Positions 31,438 through 43,513 of a DNA stretch of 64,000 nt are shown piece by piece. The notes beneath the pieces were generated by a model. It made no database searches. It saw nothing but the letters and a program-made list of their open reading frames with translations, and had not been told where the DNA came from. Origin of the DNA: Eledone cirrhosa (lineage: Eukaryota). A program made the translations under genes and the position numbers. The stretch spans positions 248,496,001 through 248,560,000 of the forward strand of contig OZ024743.1 in the NCBI GenBank assembly GCA_964016885.1, read 5' to 3'. The stretch's first letter is position 1; each line of letters begins with the position of its first letter.

Positions 31438-31828
31438 TCATTTCATCATCATTTCATTTTACATCCGCTTTTCCCTGCTTGCAAGGGTGAGGCGGGAACT
31501 GATTCTGGCTTGATTTCTACAGCTGGATGCCCTTACTAACACCAACCTCATTTACAGTGAGTGGTGGGTGCTTTTTTTTCCATGGCGCCTACACGTCCAC
31601 TTTACAGTGTGGGCTGGGTGCTTTTTTGCCATGGCACCTCCACGACCACTTTGCAGTGGAATGATAGGGACCAAAGTCCTATCATCTGATTTCTACAGCT
31701 GAGTAAACTGGAGCAATGTGAAATAAAGTGTCTTGCTCAAGGAAACAACACATCAGCCGGTCTGAGAATTGAACTCACAACCTTTCGATTACAAGGCCAA
31801 TGGTCTAACAACTAAGCCATGTGCCTCC
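31438..31828 (-). mobile_element. tRNA-CORE-RTE SINE, long variant with internal ~50-bp duplication
   Basis: Same family as 19566, with an extra gggtgctttttt..ca(c/t)gtccactttacagtg unit. Confidence 0.88.
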
Positions 31829-31844
31829 ATATATATATATATAA

Positions 31845-32220
31845 TCTTCATCATAATCATTTTATGTCTGCTTTTCCATACTGGCATGGGTTGGACAAGT
31901 ATTTTGCAGCACAGCATCCCTCCACTTGTGATGTTTCTCCATCATCTTCTATGTGCTTCAGTGATTTTAGATTAGCGCTCACCACCTCCACCCAGATCTT
32001 CCTCTACTGCGGCTTCCTCCCACTGAAATTCCTTGGCACTTCTTCACCTAGGAATTATCACCCATTCATATCAAAGTTGTCATACTATCGGCTTTTTATT
32101 GTCAGCAGAGGTAGAAACTCCCTAAACTTCTTCCATCGTGTCATTATTCTAGCTGCTATACTCATGGAGCATGCTCCTCGACTGCTAATTAGATTACCTA
32201 GATATTAAAAGCTATCAACC
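31845..32220 (-). mobile_element. RTE LINE 3' fragment, decayed
   Basis: Similar to RTE-A 1600-2220 with deletions. Confidence 0.7.
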
Positions 32221-32643
32221 GTTTGTATGTATGTATGTTTTTATGCATGTATGTATCATGTGTATGTATGTAACATATGTATGTATGTTACATACATACA
32301 CACATCTGTGATAGTGTCAGAAAAATAATAAAACATTTTTTATCACTTGAATAAGAAAATCTAATAATAATAAAGCATTGTTTATAATTTGAATCTAAGA
32401 CATAAATAGTGCTTTATTACTTCTTTTGACAATTATACTATATATATAGACGGGTACAAACCAAAGAAAAGAGCAATTAGCAATAATGTGGAAATTGAAA
32501 TATAAATTGAACTGTTAATATAAATGCTATATATAAGTCCGTGTGTGTGTAGGGTGAACAGAACATCATTCTGATATAATCCCCTGCCAAGGGATGGAAT
32601 TTCATCCTTCAAATTTTTTAGGATATATATATATATTTTTTTT

Positions 32644-32857
32644 TAGGATCGATCGACTTTCGTCAAATCGGACCATGGAAACAATGTTTCCGCTGGTCTT
32701 TCGAATTGGTAATACTATCTATTGGTCGCAACTCCAGGTAGAAGGAGCAACGTGAAATAAAGTGTCTTGCTCAAGGACATAACGCATCGCCCGATCCAGG
32801 AATCGAACGCACAACCTCAAGATTGTGAATCCAATTCTCTAATCACTCAGCCACACG

Positions 32858-32927
<70 letters not shown>

Positions 32928-33127
32928 GTTAGAGAATTGGATTCACAATCTTGAGGTTGTGAGTTCGATTCCTGGATCGGGTGATGCGTTATGTCCTTGA
33001 GCAAGACACTTTATTTCACGTTGCTCCTTCTACCTGGAGTTGCGACCAATAGATAGTATTACCAATTCGAAAGACCAGCGGAAACATTGTTTCCATGGTC
33101 CGATTTGACGAAAGTCGATCGATCCTA
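32644..33127. mobile_element. Head-to-head inverted pair of a tRNA-CORE SINE with non-RTE tail, around a (TA)n spacer
   Basis: Left arm 32644-32860 (minus), TA 32861-32923, right arm 32924-33127 (plus); about three mismatches by eye. Confidence 0.9.
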
Positions 33128-33292
33128 TATGTATCTATATTATTGTTCAGTTGGATAGGAGGGTAATTATATGTGCAAACATTGATAAGGCTCCGATGAC
33201 TCCAAACAATGTTTGGAGTCATCGGAGCCTTATCAATGTTTGCACATATAATTACCCTCCTATCCAACTGAACAATAATATAGATACATATA
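33126..33292. repeat. Perfect 167-bp palindrome (83-bp arms, 1-nt centre at 33209)
   Basis: Read directly: ...gactccaaaca-a-tgtttggagtc..., with complementary arms out to 33126/33292. Confidence 0.95.
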
Positions 33293-33386
33293 AATTGATG
33301 TTGTGAGCATATATATATATATAAAGAAAAAAAGATGAAATCAAAAATGCAACTGGAGTCTTATTTTAAAAAAAATATATCTATTT

Positions 33387-33724
33387 GGAGGCACATGGCT
33401 TAGTGGTTAGAGCATTGGCCTTGCAATCGAAAGGTTGTGAGTTCAATTCTCAGACCGGGTAATGTGTTGTTTCCTTGAGCAAGACACTTTATTTCACATT
33501 GCTCCAGTTTACTCAGCTGTAGAAATGAGATGATAGGGACTGGGGTCCCTATCATTCCACTGTAAAGTGGACGTGGAGGTGCCATAGCAAAAAAGCACCC
33601 AGCACTAACTGTAAATGAGGTTGGTGTTAGGAAGGGCATCCAGCTGTAGAAATCAAACCAGAATCAGTTCCTGTCCCACCCTTGCAAGCAGGGAAAAAGC
33701 GGACGTAAAATGAAATGAAATGAA
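33387..33724 (+). mobile_element. tRNA-CORE-RTE SINE with 9-bp TSD
   Basis: Full copy; tatctattt (33378-33386) / tatttattt (33725-33733). Confidence 0.92.
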
Positions 33725-33738
33725 TATTTATTTGGTTC

Positions 33739-33774
33739 CTTTACCAGTTTCGCAGTTCTTCTGCTTTTCAAAAG
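33739..33774 (-). ncRNA. Hammerhead motif, U3-A8 variant (mirror copy)
   Basis: ctt-TTGAAAA-gcag-aagaa-ctgc-GAAA-C-tg-GTA-aag. Confidence 0.5.
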
Positions 33775-33828
33775 TAGAGTTGAGAGTTCAGATGTGAGAA
33801 AAACCACAGACCCTCCATCTCAACTCTA

Positions 33829-33864
33829 CTTTTGAAAAGCAGAAGAACTGCGAAACCGGTAAAG
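33829..33864 (+). ncRNA. Minimal type I hammerhead ribozyme motif, U3-A8 core variant
   Basis: ctt-TTGAAAA(33832-38)-gcag/ctgc stem II-GAAA-palindromic ACCGGT-GUA-aag, with AATAAA downstream. Confidence 0.6.
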
Positions 33865-34008
33865 GAACCAAATAAATATATATATATTTTTTAAAAATAA
33901 AACTCCAGTTGCATTTTCGATTTCATCTTTTTTTCTTTATACTTTCACTCGTGTAGGACACCTCAGTTATTTTTCATTTTGTAAAAAAACCTCACTTTCT
34001 AATATATA

Positions 34009-35914
34009 TCATCATCATCATCATCGTTTAACGTCCATGTTCCACGCTTGCATGGGTTTGGACGGGAGTTTTCCCACTTGAGGCAAGAGTGGTTGTCATT
34101 GCTCGCATAGGACTGTCTGGCGGGTTTTCTACAGCTGGATGCCCTTCCTAACACCAACCACATTTACAGTGTGGGGCTGGGAGGTTTTTACCGTGTTGCC
34201 TACACGGCCACATTACAGCGTGGACTGTGTGTTTTTTTGTCGTGACACCTACACGATCTCATTTGTTTCGGCCTGGATGTTGTGGCACCAACATAACTTT
34301 ACATTGAAAGGGGCGGTGTGGATGGGGTGGGGTGGTGGGGCGGGGGTGTATTCTGTTAGAGATGCCTACTGACTGTAGTAGGTTTTACTTTGTATTTAGG
34401 TAAGGCGGGTCTTCTCTATTACTGAGTACCGCCAAAGGTCTCGGTCCAGTGACATTGTCTTGGAGAGGTGTAAGTGTGTGAGGTCGGAATTTATCAGCTC
34501 GTCCCAGGTTTTTCTGGGTCTGCCTACTCCGTGGCTACCGTCTATCTTTATTGCCCTGCACTTTGTTATACAGCTGTCGACTTTCATGCGCATCACGTGA
34601 CCATACCAACGTAGCCTTCTCTCGAGTAAACAACATCTGATCCCTCTTATTTCTAATTTTTTCCTTCGTTCGTTTATGCTTTGCCGTTCACGTATAGTAC
34701 TATTACACATCCAGCGGAGCATGCAAGCTTCGTTCCTCTCTCGTCTGCGTATATCCTCTGCACACAATGCCCAGGTCTCACTGCCATGCAACATTGCTGT
34801 TCGTATGCAGGCATCATACAACCTGCCTTTCATTTTTAGGGAGAACCCTTTAGCGGCTAATAGTGGTATAAGCTCTCTGAACTTTTTCCATCCAGTTCTG
34901 ACTCTAGCTACTGTACTTTCAGAGCACCCTCCCCCACTGCTGATTTTGTCACCCAGGTAACGGAAGCTGTCCACTATTTCTATAGAACCCTCTGCGCAAT
35001 TGAAAGAGCTAGTATTTTGTGGGCACTTGCTGCTACTTATTGCACCAGAGCACCGGCCACATGTAAAAATCTATGTTCTTAGTTAGCTTACCTGTGATCC
35101 CACTACATCTTTTATGCACCCATACTTTGCATTTGGGACATAAAATGGAGTTTCTACCTACGTCTTTCCTACACACTGAGCATGGCCATTTCTCGAAAGG
35201 GACCGGCGCCTTATTTTCTTTCCTACAAACTAGAACTTTAGTCTTAGCCAGGTTAATTTTAAGGCCTTTTGATTCTAGGCCATGCTTCCATGTTTGGAAT
35301 TTCTTCTCTAGCTCGGCCATTGATTCAGCTATGAGCGTTAGATCATCTGCGTATAGGAGTTCCCATGGGCAGCCGGTCTTGAACTCCTCTGTTATAGCCT
35401 GAAGGGCAATAATAAATAGTAGGGGGCTAAGAACAGAGCCCTGATGGACACCAACTTTTACGCTAAACTCTTCGCTATATTCGTTGTTAATTCTAACCTT
35501 GCTGACTGTTTCTTTATACATGGCTTGTATAGCTCTCACAAGCCATTCGTCAACACCTAGTTTTCTAAGAGCCCACCAGATAATGGAACGGGGGACTCTG
35601 TCGAAGGCTTTCTCCAGGTCGACAAAAGCTAAGTATAGGGGTTTACTTTTAGCTAGGTACTTCTCTTGTAGTTGTCGTACAATGAAAAGAGCGTCTGTGG
35701 TACTTTTGCCTGACACAAACCCGAACTGCATTTCATCTAGATCAATTCTCTCTCTGATTAGTTGCACTATTACTTTTTCCGTGACCTTCATGACCTGGTC
35801 GATTAATTTAATGCCTCTATAGTTACTCCTATCTAGGGCGTCTCCTTTACCCTTGTAACAGTTAACGATGATGCTGCTATGCCAATCCTTCGGAACAACC
35901 CCATTCTGTATGAC
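34009..35914 (-). mobile_element. RTE LINE family B, 5'-truncated
   Basis: ORFs 35033..35791 and 34396..34974 are joined by a frameshift in the PHD-like finger; closely similar to 6163-7997. Confidence 0.93.
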
Positions 35915-35942
35915 ATATATATATATATATATATATATATGG

Positions 35943-35984
<42 letters not shown>

Positions 35985-36039
35985 CCATATATATATATAT
36001 ATATATGTACCCATATATATATATATATATGTACCCATG

Positions 36040-36600
36040 AGGTCAGTTACCTAGGCTGAATAACTGGATCCCATCGTTAAACCAAACTATCACGTCGGTA
36101 GTCTTAGACCACTGTTGGAGTTTTATCTTCTTTCTAAGTGTTGGTATGGCCCTCTCTGAACTGGTGTAGAGGCTTAAGCTTAATAACACAAAATATTCCC
36201 TTTTCTGGTCTAAAATTTGATCCACACAACCTTACATGGGATGCTTTGATGTGTGTTCCTTATGTATTGTCAAAATCTCCTACGATATTAGGATTACTAG
36301 AAAGGCTTATAATGTCACTAGAAATAGTAACCTAAAGACTGTCTGGTACAGGCATTATAATCCTGTCAAGTAGACCTAATATCCTCGGAGATTTTGACAA
36401 TGAAACACATGTGTTTTTATTTTACTATGCTGCCTCATCTAAGGAAACAGTATGTATCATATCTTGTTCAATTTCTCTTAGCTCTTGAAGATTTAAACTC
36501 ACCTGAAGAGTATGGTGGATTCTTCAATTATTGGTGGTTCCAATAATAATTCTTCCCCATATGAAACCATGGTAGGGAGATCTATATATAAGTGAGGTTT
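36040..36600. mobile_element. Penelope-like element fragment (RT piece on minus strand, hammerheads on plus strand)
   Basis: Minus strand RAIPTLRKKIKLQQWSKTTDVIVWFN resembles the QW..T..VI.WF segment of GLYRDD-type PLE RTs. Abuts a TA tract. Confidence 0.6.
36498..36579 (+). ncRNA. Type I hammerhead ribozyme motif with extended stem II
   Basis: ctcac-CTGAAGA(36503-09)-gtatgg...ccatat (inner hairpin attattgg/ccaataat)-GAAA-palindromic ACCATGGT-GUA-gggag. Confidence 0.7.
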
Positions 36601-37019
36601 GATAGAAAACTTTTTTGGGGGAAATATTATATAGAAATATATAGAATGTTTATATACAAAAAACATATGTATATAGATAAGTTATATGAAATATTTATAC
36701 AAAGTGAACATATGTAAAGAACAGCTGCTAAATGAGCTATTTTGTATCCAAGTTGATAAGGTACCTAACTAAGTCAAATAATTCTGTTAACAATATCAAA
36801 CTTTAATACATTTCACACGGATGGATAAAGATGTTTTAACAGTTATTCATTCAATGAAAATGTTTGATGTAAAATGATGAAAGAAAAATCAATTGAAACA
36901 TATGACACAACAGTAATATAACTAAGAATAAATTTAAACATAAATAATCATGGAGAAATGATATGTGAGAGAGAGAGAGCATTATTAATATATCCACACA
37001 AATCAGGTTGTCTTCATTA

Positions 37020-38460
37020 TCATCATCATCATCACTATTTTGTGTCCATTCTTCCATGCTAACATGGGTTAGATGAGTTGTCCTATTGTGGGCAATGCCA
37101 GGTCAGGTGACCATGTCTTGCTCATACAGAACTGATTTTGGCTTGATTTCTACAGCTGGATCCCTTCCTAAAACCAACCTCATCTACAGTGAGTACTGGG
37201 TGCTTTTTACTGTGGTGCCTACATGTCCACTTTACAGTGGGAGCGGGTGGGGAAATACTGTCTATATGCTTCAGCTTCAGCTTGTACCCGTGGGAAGTCG
37301 GGTCTTCTGTATTACTGCATAATGCCAGAGGTGCAATTGGGCAAGATCAGCTTATATTACCCCATCCTAGGTCTTCTTGGGTCTCCCAACTCCAAGGCTT
37401 CCATCGTATTTTTATGCAGCTGTCATCCATCCTTCATACGCATCACATGTCCATACCAACATAATCTTCTCTCCTGCACACAGCATTTGATTCCTCTTAT
37501 GCCTAGATATGTAAACTTAAAAGCCTTCAAACAACAGAAATTTAGAGACATACTAGAGGAAGTACTATTTTCCTTTCTACATACTAGGACTTTAGTTTTT
37601 GACAAGTTAACTTTAAGACCTTTTGATTCTAAGCCATGCTTCCAAGATTGGAATTTTTTCTCTAATTCTGCCATAGATTCAGCTATGAGAGTTAGATCAT
37701 CTGCATACCGAAATTCCCATAGGCAGCCAGTCTTAAACTCTTCTGTTATAGCCTGTAGGGCAATAATAAATAAGAGAGGGTAAACGACGGAGTCCTGTTG
37801 GGTACCTACCTACACACTAAATTCTTCACTATAGTCATTGTTAATTCTAGCCTTGCTGACTGTTCCTCTATACATGGCTTGTACAGCTTTCAAAAGCCAC
37901 TGATCATATGCAGATATGAATGTATTGCATACTCTGGCTGTTTATGTGGGATGTTGCATAAAAGTGAGACATATATCCATTTATGCAATCAATTACCCCT
38001 GTACTGTATGTATACTGATAAAAAAAGTATTGTAACAGTGATAAATACATATTGTAAACTTCAGCTGCTTATTGCCTGTGTGCAATGTGCCATGTTGCAT
38101 GTTAGTGAGATATGGGCAGTGAATGTAAAGGATATACACAGGTTGGACAGAATTGAAGTGAGTATGCTTCAATGGATGTGCAATGTTAATGTATATGAAT
38201 GGCAGAGCATGAATGAACTGAGAGAAAAGCTGGGTATAAGAGGAATCAGATGTAGTGTGCAAGAAGTATGGACATGTGACACATATGGATAAATGTTAGA
38301 TAAAGAAGTGCCAAGAAACACCAATCAATGGTAGTTGCAGTAGAGGAAGACCAAGGAAGACCTGGGCAGTGACAGAGCTGGTCTCACACCAATGAAGCTC
38401 ACATAGATAACAAAGAGACACAATGAATGAAAAAGCAAACATAAAATAATGATGATGATG
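37020..38460. mobile_element. Patchwork of RTE fragments on both strands plus a bipartite RTE-derived non-autonomous piece
   Basis: Minus strand [21 protein letters not shown] and WYGHVMRM; plus strand MLQWMCNV..ELREKLGIRGI; (GAT)n tails. Confidence 0.75.
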
Positions 38461-38809
38461 GTGATGGTGGTAATGGTGTTGTGTGTGTGTGTTTGTATGT
38501 GTGATAGGGAGAGAGAGAGAGAGAGGGGGGGGACAATATTTTACAAACAAGTAACTATCTAAATAAGTTGAATATTCAACAGATGCTGATATGAAATTAA
38601 TTAGTGAAAATGTGTTTTTCAATATTAATTTAGAAAATAAAGAAATTTTGCATATGAAATAATAAAACCAAAGAAACAACACAGAGAAGAGAATAATAAT
38701 GGCTGTATGTGAAGTGGTAATGTCACCCATGAGTATAATTTGAAAGTTTTTTCATTTGGATAAATCAATGAATTCAATAATTGTCTGATACTGTAATATT
38801 TCTGCCTGG

Positions 38810-41667
38810 TTTAGTGAGTTGTTCACAGGGTTATTTACTTCAGTAAACACCACTGCAGGCCAACCACTAATTTAATTAGATAACAGATATAGAAAAACTT
38901 TTGTGTATTTGCACTTGTATTTGAACAGTTCAAGAGCCTGCCACCAAAGAGAGAGATTGCTCTTTGCTCCCTCCTTTATAATTCCTAGAACGGAAGTTCA
39001 AGGAATACTCTAGAATTCTATGGGAAGTAACTCTAGCTACTTCCCTTTGTCTAGAGAGCGCTACAAGACTCCCCTCTCAGATGAGAAGTCGAATAACCAA
39101 CTGAAGGTCATTGTAGCGAGAACCCATAAGAAATGAGGAGCAAAGGAAAGGTACAAGAAAGTGCATGAATAAAACATGAGCTCGCAACTGAAGCAAACAG
39201 CAAAAAGGTACAAAACAAGTAAATGCATTTTACAAAGAATAAATTTTTTGCTGCACAAGGATGATGCAGAAAAAATGTAAATGTTACAAAACTGATAATT
39301 CAAAGGTAACAAAGGAGCAGAGAAAAATTAATGCTCAATGGTTAGATCAAAGTTTCTTCAAAAATCAAATAGTTCATACATCACCAGTGTACAGACTTTT
39401 CTGACACTAGTTCTATCTGAAACTGAAAAAAGAAGTTTGTTAATGCCACTAGGGGTTAAATGTATATAGTTTTTGACAATTTACTTGGCCATTTCACTGT
39501 TCTGTCACTTCGTGTGACATAAGGTTGTGTGGTATGTGGTGTTTGCGGTGGAGGTGAAGGTGTTGGTGTGGGAGTGAATGTACGAGGTATGTCAGGCCAT
39601 GTAATGAGACTTTCAGAGAAAGCCCTCTTTGCTCTGTCAATGGATATTGTCTCTTTTCGACCATTGACAGCCACTGTGAAATGTTTTGGTGTGTGCGAAA
39701 GCACATGAAAAGGTCCATTATAGGGTGACGTAAGCGGTCCTTTGACGGAATCATTCCGTACAAAAATGTGTGTCCATGTAGAGATATCCGATGGAACAGC
39801 AGAAGAAATAGACTGGTCACGAGGGTTCATTGGTGGAAGATCCGAGAAGTAAGAACGAATCCTGGTGACATATGATGTTGGATCAAGATGCGACGAATCA
39901 ACCGGTGCTAGCATTTGACCGGGAAGAGTCAAGGTGGTACCATAAAGAAGTTCAGCTGAGGAGAAACCCAAATCTGTCTTAACGGCAGAACGACAACCAA
40001 GAAGCACGATTGGCAAAAATTCGGTCCAACGTTACGGATCAGGAGTAGCGCGAATTGCAGCTTTCAACTGTCTGTGAAACCTCTCCACCATTCCATTGGA
40101 GGCTGGGTGATAGCTGGTCGTATGAATGTGATGAGCACCCAAGAGTCGTGATATTTCACAAAATAAGGAGACCTCGGACTGGCATCCACGATACGTGGTT
40201 ATTTTAGAAGGAACACCAAAGCGAGCAATCCAGTTGGAAATGAAAGCTCAGGCAACGGACTCTGCTGTTATGTCCACTAGTGGTATGGCTTCAGGCCACC
40301 GAGAGAAACGATCGATACAGGTCAATATATATGTGAACCCACGACTAACGGGCCATGGACCAACAATATCCATGTGAATGTGACAGAAACGAGCGTCCGG
40401 TGGGCTGAATTTACCAAGAGGAGCGCGAACATGCTGATGAACCTTGGAGTGTTGACACTGCAAACAAGAACGTGCCCAACCTGTAATTAAATGACGCATG
40501 TTAGGCCAGAAAAATCGGGCCGTAATGAGCTTCACCGTGGCAGCTATGCCGGGATGCAACAAGGAATGAAGTGCATCAAAAAATGGTACATTGATGGCAA
40601 TCTGGAACAAGTGGTCTGGGTGAGCCAGTAGAAATGTCGCAAAGAATTTTTCCTTCAGCAGACGGAAGAGGTAAATATTCAAATTTACAGCAGGAAAACT
40701 GGGTAGAAGAAGTATCAAGTGAATCAAAAGAAGGTTGGTCAGTCACAATGGCAACCAAATCAATATGTGCAGGAGACACAACAGGAGTCGAGACAGTGCG
40801 TCCACGGGTACGTTGGCAGCTCCAGCTATATGACGAATGTCACTGGTGTACTGGGAGATGAAATCCAAATGTCTGTATGCCCTCAGAGAGTATCTGTTGG
40901 ACTTGGTTTGAAGAGCGAATGTGAGTAGTTTATGGTCTGTGAATACCGTGAACTCCCAACCTTCAAGAAGATGGTGGAAGTGTCTCACAGCAAGATAAAC
41001 TGCTAAAAGCTCTCTGTCAAAAGTACTGTAACGTTGCTCTGCTGGTTTTAGTTGGCATGAGAAAAACGCCAGTGGTTGAAACTGGTGGTTGATTGTATGT
41101 TGCAAGACTGCTCCGAGAGCATGATCGGATGCATTGACAGTTAAGGATAGCCTCGCGTTCGCAAAAGGATGAGCCAGAAAGGAAACTTTAGCTATTTCAG
41201 ACTTGATGGATTCAGAAGATTGCAAAGCATTGGCAGAAAGTGAAATGGGAGCATCTTTCTTTTTCACAGCCTTTAAAAACTGTGTCAAGGGAAACAACCT
41301 GTCTGCACAGTTAGGAATGAAACAACGATAAAAGTTGATTAATCCTAAGAAATGATGTAACTGTCTTAATGATGTGGGGGGTGCGATTCGCTGAATCGCT
41401 TCCACCTTAGATGGCAGCGGTCGAATGTCTTCTGAATCTATAAGATGTCCTAGGAATTCCAGTGAAGCTGTACCAAACACACATTTAGATATAGAAAAAC
41501 TTTTGTGTATTTGCACTTGTATTTGAACAGTTCAAGAGCCTGCCACCAAAGAGAGAGATTGCTCTTTGCTCTCTCCTTTATAATTCCTAGAACGGAAGTT
41601 CAAGGAATACTCTAGAATTCTACGGGAAGTAACTCTAGCTACTTCCCTTTGTCTAGAGAGCGCTACA
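38810..41667 (-). mobile_element. Gypsy LTR retrotransposon, internally deleted
   Basis: 3' LTR 38810-39065, truncated 5' LTR ~41487-41667, PPT (minus strand GAGAGGGGAG) next to the 3' LTR, TSD CTGG at 38806-38809 and 41668-41671. Confidence 0.9.
39456..41490 (-). pseudogene. Gypsy pol remnant: RT end, RNase H, integrase
   Basis: KCVFG..LEFLGH, FLGLINFY, NASDHALGAVL, YSTFDRELLA, TDHK; integrase HPG..W..C..CQ, HMDIVGP, IDRFSRWPEA and GPF motifs; frameshifts and stops. Confidence 0.9.
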
Positions 41668-41959
41668 CTGGTTTTACAAGAAGGGAACATATTTTCTATT
41701 TACGCTCTCTCAAAAGACAATATGCAGTCTTTATGACCATTTTTAGGACCTCTTTGACTGGTGGAGAGAAGAGCTAAATTATTCTCCAACCACAGACTTA
41801 GTCCAAATGCTAGTGGCACTCAAGGGCCATTATCCTCCTCACCATCAGCTGATTGCTTACAATCGCATGCCACAGGACCTGTTGGGGAAGGTTCTGTAGA
41901 AATAGGGGATTGATGGACAGCTTCTTGTAACCCTGAAGTTTCTATATGAATGCTCTAGT

Positions 41960-42880
41960 ATTTGTGTTTGATAAATGGTGCTAAGTTGAAACCATTCAGT
42001 GTAGGTGTCAGACTTTACAAAGGGAGCATACTGTCACCTCACCTGTTCATAATCTTCATGAACAGGATTGACATGAACTGCTAGATTGGAAGTGGTATCT
42101 GGGCTGGCAGGTGTAGGATCAGTCAGTTGGAATTTGCAAACAAAATAGTACTACTTAACTTGTCGAAAGGTGATCTCAGGCTTACACGTGATAGGTATGC
42201 TGCCAAGTGCTGCACGACGTGAATGAAAATCAGTTCAGCGAAGACAGACACTCATCCCTTCAAGGAAGCCTGTGCAGAGAGTTCCACTGAAGCAGGTGGA
42301 GAAATTCAAGTATCATATTTTCATGAGTGATGGAAGGCAGGAGGCTGAATCAAGTGCAAGAATTGCAGGAGCTGGTGCAGTAATGTGCCAGCTTCAGCAT
42401 TCATTCTTCAGAAGAAGAGAAGTAGGGGAAAAAGCGAAACTCAGTATCTTCAAATTAGTACATGTGCCAACCCTTACCTATGATCATGAATACAATCACT
42501 AATACAAGCAACCGAAATGGGGTTCCTGCGAAGGGTCTTTGGAGTAATGTTACTCAATAGAGTGTGTAGCTCAGTGACCAGGGAGTTATTCCAGGTAGAA
42601 CTACTTCTTCAAATTGAGAGATCACAGCCAGATATTATGGACATGTGGTTAGAGTGTCTAAAAAAACAACCACTGGACAGATTTTATGGGCAAAAAAAAA
42701 CTGGCAGGATATTCAAGGGTAGACCCCAAGTAAGATGGTTGGATAACAACCATAAGCTCAGCTGATCTCACTTGGGGAAAAATCCAGATCAATTGGAGGT
42801 GGTTGCATCTGACAGGACCTGCTGGAAGGCATGATTGAAGGCTCTTCCCCTATGACCCCCCCATAAGAAGTGGAGGAAGA
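41960..42880 (+). mobile_element. Old RTE-clade LINE 3' relic
   Basis: ILSPHLFIIFM, QVEKFKY, MGFLRRVFG, GRP..RWLD. Confidence 0.7.
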
Positions 42881-43316
42881 TCACCTGGTTGCAGTAACAG
42901 ACAACCACAATACTTTTCCACACATTGCAATTTCCGTAATCAGTTGTACTCCTGTGGCTGGGTGATTGTTATCCATCAGAGAAATTGGAATTCCTTCGTC
43001 AAATCTGACATCAGAATGAAATGTTCTGAAACAGATATTTAAGGCCTCTCATCACACACTTTACCAATCCTGCCAATCCACCACTATGGACTGTTACTTA
43101 TTTTATCAATGCAAAATGAATAAAAGACAAAGTTGACTTCAGTGGGATTTGAACTTGAAGCACTGAGACCCAGAACAAACATCGCTAGACGTTATTTCTG
43201 ATGCTTTAGCAACAGCTAATGTGTTGTCTAATTCAAGAGCTGGATGATTCTATTAAACAGATTAAGTCTATTACCCCAAATCAGGAACTGTCTCTCTGAT
43301 AGTTTCCATTTATTAA

Positions 43317-43513
43317 CCTTTTAATGTTCAAACCGGCCAGAATTCTCTACTCTTTTCTGTTGAAACTGGCTGTAATTGGTCACTCAAACTGATGTTAAGG
43401 TATTGTTCTCAAAATAAATACTTTCAAAATCTCATAGATTCGATATTATGTGAGGTAAAGCCTTTACCATGAAAATATGATAGTATATATAGAGTAATGT
43501 GAATGCTAAAGGG
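43317..43513. mobile_element. piggyBac-type MITE
   Basis: TTAA on both sides; terminus AATGCTAAAGGG|TTAA. Confidence 0.8.

Larger units (their letters stand above)
33320..33940. mobile_element. Inverted-repeat PLE-like terminal structure carrying hammerhead motifs, interrupted by a SINE
   Basis: Left arm 33320-33386 plus 33725-33785, loop 33786-33817, right arm 33818-33940. Confidence 0.75.
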
